64,000 bases of DNA from Candidatus Aenigmatarchaeota archaeon (GTDB lineage: Archaea > Aenigmatarchaeota > Aenigmatarchaeia > QMZS01), in NCBI GenBank assembly GCA_016932615.1, contig JAFGCN010000027.1, positions 15,277-79,276 of the forward strand, given 5' to 3'. Below the pieces are notes generated by a model. It was not told the DNA's origin and did no database searches. It worked only from the letters and a program-made list of their open reading frames with translations. Position numbers and translations under genes: made by a program. Shown piece by piece: positions 57,719-64,000 of this stretch; within the stretch, counting starts at the first letter, position 1, and each line of letters begins with the position of its first letter.

Positions 57719-59821
57719 ATGGTCCATGCTGACCCTTACCTTTTTGGTTTCGTAATGATTACGCTTGCTGCCCTCGTAATTGGACTTATAATGGGATTTA
57801 TGCGCCAGCCCTCTGTAATTGCCTACCTGCTTGCCGGGGTTCTGGTTGGCCCATATGGGCTTAAGCTTATTTCTGAAGGGAGCATGATTTCCGGCCTGGG
57901 AAACCTCGGCGTTATGCTGCTGCTGTTTTTTGTAGGAGCAAGCATTTCCCTTTCGACGCTCGTGAAGCGCTGGAAGCTTGCGATTTTTGGAACCCTCATC
58001 CAAATTATTCTCAGTCTTGGCGTGGTTTTTCTTATAGGCCATATATTTTCCTGGCCTCTTGGGCAGATGGTTTTGATGGGCTTTGTGATAAGCCTGAGCA
58101 GCACTGCAGTAATCGTCAAGATTCTTGAGTCCAGAGAGGAGATTGGCACAAAGCTTGGGCAGGATGTGATTGGGATCCTTGTAATGCAGGACCTGGCAGT
58201 AATTCCAATGATAATGATTTTGTCAGCCCTGTCGGGTGAAGCGACAAACGTAACAGGGCTTCTGCTGAACCTTGCCGGAGGGATATTTGTAATTGTTCTT
58301 GTCCTGAGCATTGTCAGGAACGGATTTTTGAAGCTTCCATTTGGGAAAAGGATAGAATCGGACCCTGAACTTCAGGTTTTGGCAGCTCTTGCCATGTGCT
58401 TTGGAATTGCAGTTCTGAGCGAGTCATTTCAGCTCTCTGCAGCATTTGGCGCATTTATTGCAGGAATGTCCATTTCCTCAGTAAGGGAGATGAAATGGAT
58501 TACCCAAAACCTTCAGCCATTTAAGGTTCTTTTCATTGCGCTTTTTTTCATTTCAATTGGCATGATGGTTGACCTGGAATACCTAAGCGCCCACGCTTTT
58601 GAGCTTGGCCTGCTTCTGCTTGCCCTTTTCTTTGTCAACAGCATTCTGAATGCCTTTATCTTCAGGTGGAGCGGGGAATCCTGGAGAAACAGTCTTTATG
58701 GCGGCTCTTACCTGGCCCAGATTGGAGAGTTCAGCTTTGTGCTTATCGCAATGGGGCTTGGCCTGGGGCTTATTTCATCAAGCGCTTACCAGTTGACCCT
58801 GCAGCTGATTGCCCTTTCCCTTATAATAAGCCCGTTCTGGATAAGCTTTTTCCGCCAATTTGTGGACAAGTCCACTTTGATAAGGGAAGCGATTCATTCC
58901 GGAGAGGGCAGACGAGAGGGCATACAATTCATAAAGCACCTTGTCGATGCCAACAAGCTGCAGGTTATCGTTGACGAACAGAGGATGGAGCGGCGCGTCC
59001 GCCGGCTTCAAACCTGGGTTGACAAGCTCACGTTTACGAGAATTTTTGCACTGTGGTTCTTCGTAATATTTTCATTTGGCCTGATTTATTTCTATGGCCA
59101 GACTCCCGAAAACAGCCTTATCTACCAAAATGGTGGCTCGGTGAATAACCTGATGGATACAATCTACTTTAGTTTCATCTCAGCCACAACCACGGGCTAT
59201 GGAGACATTCTTCCTTTTGGGCTGTTCAAGATACTTGCCATTATTGAAGTTGTCTGCGGGTGGCTGCTTCTGGCTGCGGTAACAACACGGCTTATTTCCG
59301 TAAAGCAGGATATAATCATCGGAGAGCTTTATAAGGCATCGCTCAGAAGCGAGATTTCGGGCCTTAGGACGGCATTACGGCTTTTCAGGCAGAATATCGA
59401 TGACTTTATTATCCGGATGGAAGAAGGGGCGCTTAAGAAAAGGTCTCTTAATGACCTTTCGAGATATCTTGCTTCTTTCGAGGAGAACCTGCTAAGAGTC
59501 AAGCTCATAATTCCAAAAGATAATGAGGATGGGTTCAGGACAGCTCCCGAAGAGGAAGATTTGGAGATTCTGGTAAATAGCGCAATGAACTCTTTTGAAA
59601 AGCTCTTGGAGCTAATCAATACCAACCACCGCGAAACCCTTGATTGGAGAACTGAGTCGGCGATGAATCGCATTAAAGTTTCCGTTCAGATTGGAGAGGA
59701 CATATTCAAACTTGCAGACCGGTCCGGCTTTTTCAAGCCCGAATTTATGAAGGGATTAAATGAGCGGCGGGAAAGCATAATTTCTGAGATAAGGTCAAAA
59801 GTCGGGCATAGGCCAAAATAA
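57719..59821 (+). CDS. CPA2 (Kef-like) cation/H+ antiporter fused to a 2-TM K+ channel pore and helical C-terminus
   Basis: GVMLLLF, LSSTAV, MQD, GAFIAG, QIGEFSFV; then YFSFISATTTGYGDI. Confidence 0.85.
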   Translation: MVHADPYLFGFVMITLAALVIGLIMGFMRQPSVIAYLLAGVLVGPYGLKLISEGSMISGLGNLGVMLLLFFVGASISLSTLVKRWKLAIFGTLIQIILSLGVVFLIGHIFSWPLGQMVLMGFVISLSSTAVIVKILESREEIGTKLGQDVIGILVMQDLAVIPMIMILSALSGEATNVTGLLLNLAGGIFVIVLVLSIVRNGFLKLPFGKRIESDPELQVLAALAMCFGIAVLSESFQLSAAFGAFIAGMSISSVREMKWITQNLQPFKVLFIALFFISIGMMVDLEYLSAHAFELGLLLLALFFVNSILNAFIFRWSGESWRNSLYGGSYLAQIGEFSFVLIAMGLGLGLISSSAYQLTLQLIALSLIISPFWISFFRQFVDKSTLIREAIHSGEGRREGIQFIKHLVDANKLQVIVDEQRMERRVRRLQTWVDKLTFTRIFALWFFVIFSFGLIYFYGQTPENSLIYQNGGSVNNLMDTIYFSFISATTTGYGDILPFGLFKILAIIEVVCGWLLLAAVTTRLISVKQDIIIGELYKASLRSEISGLRTALRLFRQNIDDFIIRMEEGALKKRSLNDLSRYLASFEENLLRVKLIIPKDNEDGFRTAPEEEDLEILVNSAMNSFEKLLELINTNHRETLDWRTESAMNRIKVSVQIGEDIFKLADRSGFFKPEFMKGLNERRESIISEIRSKVGHRPK

Positions 59822-59925
59822 GCCCCCTTTCGTAAAAGCAATGGCCTTGCCGGCGAGAAGATTTTTAAAACTTTTAAAATTTATAAAAATGGTCGATTTT
59901 GGATTGGCTTTTGCTTCTTTTGGCT

Positions 59926-60609
59926 TTAGTAGTGGATTGGCTCTCCCCTTCGGATAACCATCATCTCGATCGATTTCTTGTCGAATTGCCCGAATTTCTT
60001 CTCTCCGGCCTCGATTGACGAAACGACGAGCTTTTTTGCCTGTTCTTCAGTCATATCGTCTTTGTAGTTGCTTTCCAGGTATTTCTGCGCATCTTCCTCC
60101 CCTCTTCCAAGGGCTTTTGCAAGCCACCGGTCAAGAGTTCCTGAAGGGTTTATTACGTAAAGTATCGATTCTTCGTTTACGCCACCCAGGAGAATTGCAA
60201 CCCCATAAGGCCTTGCTCCTGCAAACTGAGTGTAGAGCTGCATCCTGTCTGCGATTTTCTTTCCCAGGACAAAAACGTCAATCGGCTCCCCGAAGGTCAT
60301 CTTGTGTATCTGCGCGTGCACCCTTAAGATGTCAATTAGGGCCCTTGCGTCTCCAGTAAACCCACAGGCGGTAGCGCCCATGTGCTTGTCGATTGCGGCA
60401 ACTTTTGTCGCCTTTCCCTTCAGCTGGAGTTTTGTGTCTGGGGTATATGCGGCAAGGACTATTCCATCCTTGAATACCACTCCAACGCAGGTCTTTCCAA
60501 GCTTTACTGCCTGGAGAGCGTACTCTACCTGGTAAATCCTCCCTTCTGGTGAGAATACTACAATCGCCCTGTCATAACCCATTTGGCTAGGTAAGTCCAT
60601 ATCTGCCAT
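59926..60609 (-). CDS. psmA: Proteasome alpha subunit
   Basis: GYDRAI.VFSPEGRIYQVEYA, RPYGV. Confidence 0.96.
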   Translation of the reverse strand: MADMDLPSQMGYDRAIVVFSPEGRIYQVEYALQAVKLGKTCVGVVFKDGIVLAAYTPDTKLQLKGKATKVAAIDKHMGATACGFTGDARALIDILRVHAQIHKMTFGEPIDVFVLGKKIADRMQLYTQFAGARPYGVAILLGGVNEESILYVINPSGTLDRWLAKALGRGEEDAQKYLESNYKDDMTEEQAKKLVVSSIEAGEKKFGQFDKKSIEMMVIRRGEPIHY

Positions 60610-60654
60610 AGATTAACTAGGGTTTAAATAATATATCTTTTTGCCCTTCCCCGA

Positions 60655-61593
60655 TTAAGCCGATGCATAGTCGGCTGCTTTTGCGGTTTTGGTTCCTTGC
60701 GAGGGCTCGGGAGCATCTTCAGAAGGTCCCCCTTTCCACCTTCTTAGCTTATTCACTGCGGCCCGACCGAGGCCATAGGTAGTTCCCGCCACAGCAATTC
60801 CTGCAAGGAAAGAAATACCCAGCATAGCAATTACATAAGGATACATTTCCGGGCTGTAAACTAATTCTGCAGCTTCTGCTCCATTTTCTTCAAAAATACG
60901 GCTTAGGGCATTCAAGGGTTCAAAGACCAGTTCTCCGCCAGCTGCGCTGAAATCGCCTACATTAAAGGCGGGGACCCCTTCTGGAAGTTCCTTAAACATA
61001 TCCGTTGCTTTTACAACTTCTTCATCTACCGATGAAATGCGTAGCTGATAAACAGGAACCGCAACTAAAGAGCTTCCGGCAATAGCGAGCGGGAGGGACT
61101 TTCTTTTTTTAGCTTCATAAAGCAATTCAGCTCCCAGCGCCATGGATATGGCGTTCGGGGCTATAGCAACTAGCGCATCAGAAGGCCAGGGGCCAAAAGT
61201 GTCTGGATTTACATAACCCGCAATGTCTAATTGGGAGAGGTCTTTGGATTCAATCAGTGGGAAAATCTCACGAAGGAAGTCGCCCCCAAGAGCACTATCT
61301 ATCACTATCTCTTCGTTTGTGCCTCCGGTTGCAATATTAGTGGCTGCGTGAGTAAGTTCATGCGCTACAACATAGGGCTTTATTAAAGGGGTCCCCATTA
61401 GGGCATAAAAGGAAGCGGGAATCGCAGCGACATTAAGCGCCTTTTGAGTGGTTTTCCCGCCAGGCAGGCTTTCGGGGAATAGGTCATAGTAAGTCAGGTC
61501 CCGATACAAGTCTTTCCATCCATTAACGGGATTAAGCGCTCTGACAAGGCTTGAATCCTTGTAGAGATTTTCCGAGCCAGTTTCTTTAATCAT
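60655..61593 (-). CDS. Hypothetical membrane protein with HExxH motif (M50-like)
   Basis: VAHELTHA next to hydrophobic segments. Confidence 0.55.
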   Translation of the reverse strand: MIKETGSENLYKDSSLVRALNPVNGWKDLYRDLTYYDLFPESLPGGKTTQKALNVAAIPASFYALMGTPLIKPYVVAHELTHAATNIATGGTNEEIVIDSALGGDFLREIFPLIESKDLSQLDIAGYVNPDTFGPWPSDALVAIAPNAISMALGAELLYEAKKRKSLPLAIAGSSLVAVPVYQLRISSVDEEVVKATDMFKELPEGVPAFNVGDFSAAGGELVFEPLNALSRIFEENGAEAAELVYSPEMYPYVIAMLGISFLAGIAVAGTTYGLGRAAVNKLRRWKGGPSEDAPEPSQGTKTAKAADYASA

Positions 61594-61739
61594 ATTACCA
61601 CTAATAGATAATGATTAATACTATATAAGCTTTTCTAAGCATTAATTTTTGCCTAAAGTCACTCCCTTTCGGGTTAATTGCCATTTTAGACTCTCTTCTT
61701 TCCAAAGCTCCCTTAATTTAAACTTTTCAATTGATTGTT

Positions 61740-62213
61740 ATGGCAGAAACCAAGAAGATTATCCGAATTGCAAGAAAGGACGTTGATTCCGCCCTACCCA
61801 TAGAGAGGGCTCTCTGGGGCATTAAGGGCGTCGGAAAAGCGTATGCGCACGCAATAAGGGTTCAGCTTGGAGCAGACTCCAGGAAGAAAGTAGCCGATCT
61901 TACGGAGAAAGAGATAGAAAAGCTTGAGGATATTATATTTAACCCTTCAAAATACGATTTGCCTGTCTGGATGCTAAACCACAGAAAAGAAAGGGAAACC
62001 GGTGAGGATGCTCATTATGTTGAGGCAAACCTTGATTTCAAGAAGAAAATTGACATTGATTTTGTCAAAAAACTTAGATGCTGGAGAGGAATAAGGCACC
62101 AGCAGGGCCAGCCGGTAAGAGGACAGCGGACAAAGTCCCACTTCAGGGGCGGCTCTGCGATAGGAGTCTCAAAGAAGAAGGAAGCGCCAGGCAAGGCGGG
62201 AGGTAAGAAGTAA
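61740..62213 (+). CDS. rps13: 30S ribosomal protein uS13
   Basis: IKGVG, P.WMLN.RK..TG, WRGIRH..G.PVRGQRT. Confidence 0.96.
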   Translation: MAETKKIIRIARKDVDSALPIERALWGIKGVGKAYAHAIRVQLGADSRKKVADLTEKEIEKLEDIIFNPSKYDLPVWMLNHRKERETGEDAHYVEANLDFKKKIDIDFVKKLRCWRGIRHQQGQPVRGQRTKSHFRGGSAIGVSKKKEAPGKAGGKK

Positions 62214-62214
62214 T

Positions 62215-62787
62215 ATGGGAAGCCCAAGGAAACTAAGGAGTTCATTTGGAAGGCCGCTTAAGCCGTTCGACAGGGCCAGAATAGAGTACGAGGCAGGGCT
62301 TAAGAAAGAGTATGGCTTTAGGAGAAAAAGGGAAATCTGGAAGCTCAGCCAGTACTTTAAAAACCTCAAGAGGCGTGCAAGAAACATTCTTGCAACACAC
62401 GACATCAATGATGAAAAGGTCCTTATGGCAAAACTGACCCGGCTTGGCATCGGAAGCGAGGGCTTCACGCTTGATGACGTTTTGAACCTGAACCTTGAGG
62501 ATGTCTGTGAAAGGCGGCTTCAGACCCTTGTCGTGAAAAAGGGCATCGCAACAACACTTAAGCAGGCAAGGCAGTTCATTGTGCACAGGAGGATTCTCAT
62601 TGGAAATACAATCGTCGATATGCCTAACTACATTGTAAATGTCGAAGAGGAGGCAAACATAAAGCTTAGGGCAAAACAGCTAAAGCCAAAACCAGAGGAA
62701 AAACCAAAGGAAGCGGAAACAGAAGGGGTCGAGTCTGAGGCAAAGCAGGAGGAAGTGTCGGCAGAAGCCGAGCAGAAGAGTGAATAA
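62215..62787 (+). CDS. rps4: 30S ribosomal protein uS4
   Basis: YG.R.KREIW, ERRLQT.V, ARQFIVH. Confidence 0.95.
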   Translation: MGSPRKLRSSFGRPLKPFDRARIEYEAGLKKEYGFRRKREIWKLSQYFKNLKRRARNILATHDINDEKVLMAKLTRLGIGSEGFTLDDVLNLNLEDVCERRLQTLVVKKGIATTLKQARQFIVHRRILIGNTIVDMPNYIVNVEEEANIKLRAKQLKPKPEEKPKEAETEGVESEAKQEEVSAEAEQKSE

Positions 62788-62892
62788 AACCAGCCAAACC
62801 CGAATTTTTTAGCGTTTGAATCATCTTATGCGGGATTTATCATTTCGCTTCAGGATTGTTTTGTTTAACTGCTTTATCTCTTTTTTAAGGGT

Positions 62893-63177
62893 ATGGCAAG
62901 TATGGCAAAGGAAGAAATAATTGATTTTCTAAGGGGAGAGTTCATAGGGAAAACTGTCCGGGTAGTGGAAAGCTCAAATAAAGACCTTATCGGGCTTGAG
63001 GGTCGGCTTGTCGATGAAACAAGAAATATGTTTGAGATTGAAACCCCCGCAGGCACAAAGAAAGTCCAGAAGAAAATCTGCAAGTTCCTTTTCGTTTCAG
63101 AGAAGATTTTGGTGGACGGGAAAATCATAAACCTGCGCCCCGAAAACCGGCTTACGGGCAAGTTTAAGGACTGGTAA
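62893..63177 (+). CDS. rnp1: RNase P protein Rpp29/Pop4
   Basis: EFIG...V..S.N..LIG.EG..VDETRN, G..I..RPE.R. Confidence 0.9.
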   Translation: MASMAKEEIIDFLRGEFIGKTVRVVESSNKDLIGLEGRLVDETRNMFEIETPAGTKKVQKKICKFLFVSEKILVDGKIINLRPENRLTGKFKDW

Positions 63178-63237
63178 CCATAAACTCTGCAGGGAGACTT
63201 GTAACAGTCAAATAACTATTAAATCCAATCAATATTT

Positions 63238-63648
63238 ATGGACGTTCGCAAGGAAATCGTTTCCGCGCTTTTGTACTTTGGTGTTCCTTTGCTGATTTTA
63301 CTTCCACAATCCATAGTCGAGCAGAGGGTGGGCTGGCTTGGGCCTGAGGCAGACATGATATTGTCGGTTCTGCTCCTTTCAGTGATGCTGGTGGCTGCCT
63401 ATGTGATTTCTGTAAGGTACTACTTCAAGAACTGCAAAATGGGAGACCCTGTAAGGGAAGGGCTGATGCTTGGGATTCTCTATGTGGCGATGTTTGTAAC
63501 CTTGGCTATGGTTTGGGAGTACCTTGGAGGGCCTTATCTATACGGTGATGATCTGATTCTGCTAGCCCTTGCAATGACACCTGCAGTAACAGTTGTGGCG
63601 GCAATAGACGCTAAGCCAAAGAGAAAGAAGCTTTTCGGCCTGTTCTAG
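63238..63648 (+). CDS. Small multi-TM membrane protein
   Basis: 4 hydrophobic segments. Confidence 0.6.
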   Translation: MDVRKEIVSALLYFGVPLLILLPQSIVEQRVGWLGPEADMILSVLLLSVMLVAAYVISVRYYFKNCKMGDPVREGLMLGILYVAMFVTLAMVWEYLGGPYLYGDDLILLALAMTPAVTVVAAIDAKPKRKKLFGLF

Positions 63649-63692
63649 AAACTTTTTTTCAGGTTTGTTTTATTTTGGCCTTTCTTGTATTT

Positions 63693-64000
63693 TTAAAAGT
63701 CCCCTAAATTCATCTGCTTTTTCTTAAACTGCTCGACTTCTGCCTTCTGGCCGAGCGGAAGAAGCTTTCCATAAACCCCTCCGCCTCCCGGTATATGCTC
63801 TATTTTGTCTTCCCGGAACGCCCGGATATATTGGGCGGTTTTTTCGTCAATTTTGGCAATTTCTTCGATTGGCGCGTTAATCAGGACTTCGATTTCGTTT
63901 CCGAACTTTTCCACGAACATTTCCCAGATTCTGGAAACCCTGCTTGAGGAGAGGGTTGTTATCCCATAGGCAGTTGCTATTATTTCGGTCAATGGGTAGA
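63693..64000 (-). CDS. Endonuclease Q / PHP-family protein, C-terminal part (runs off the window)
   Basis: PL.EII, FGNEI.VL, I.AFR, PGGGGVYGK. Confidence 0.75.
   Translation of the reverse strand, partial: YPLTEIIATAYGITTLSSSRVSRIWEMFVEKFGNEIEVLINAPIEEIAKIDEKTAQYIRAFREDKIEHIPGGGGVYGKLLPLGQKAEVEQFKKKQMNLGDF

Noticed and set aside
749..63161. Numerous antisense and alternate-frame ORFs in the track
   Set aside because: They are shadows of well-supported genes and carry no motifs

Overview
Archaeal chromosomal region, most consistent with a small-genome DPANN-type archaeon. The taxonomy is inferred from the archaeal r-proteins, RpoN, proteasome alpha and Rpp29, the dispersed operons, the mostly leaderless starts and the many Cys-rich surface proteins. 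Housekeeping genes: glyS, ileS, tyrS, gatA, gatB, secY, uS14 (missed by the ORF track), uL15, uL13, uS9, uS13, uS4, rpoN, EF-1beta, porB, porD, thiolase plus a DUF35-HMG-CoA synthase fusion, and GS-III. Non-coding signals outside the ORF track: (i) a tRNA-Leu(UAA) with three BHB-type introns and a tRNA-Cys(GCA) with an 80-nt intron; (ii) one structured repeat family found inside introns of both tRNAs and also as free intergenic copies, suggesting a mobile intron/mini-element; (iii) AT-rich solo defence-like genes (a HEPN protein, DUF262-HNH, a possible Cap15-like protein) enclosed by long-range complementary flanks, two sharing end motifs and one forming a perfect four-way junction; (iv) a candidate box C/D sRNA whose register matches 16S C1402. 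Also present: a CPA2 antiporter fused to a K+ channel pore, and two orphan ORFs broken by a single in-frame TAA. All calls come from manual reading; no database searches were run.
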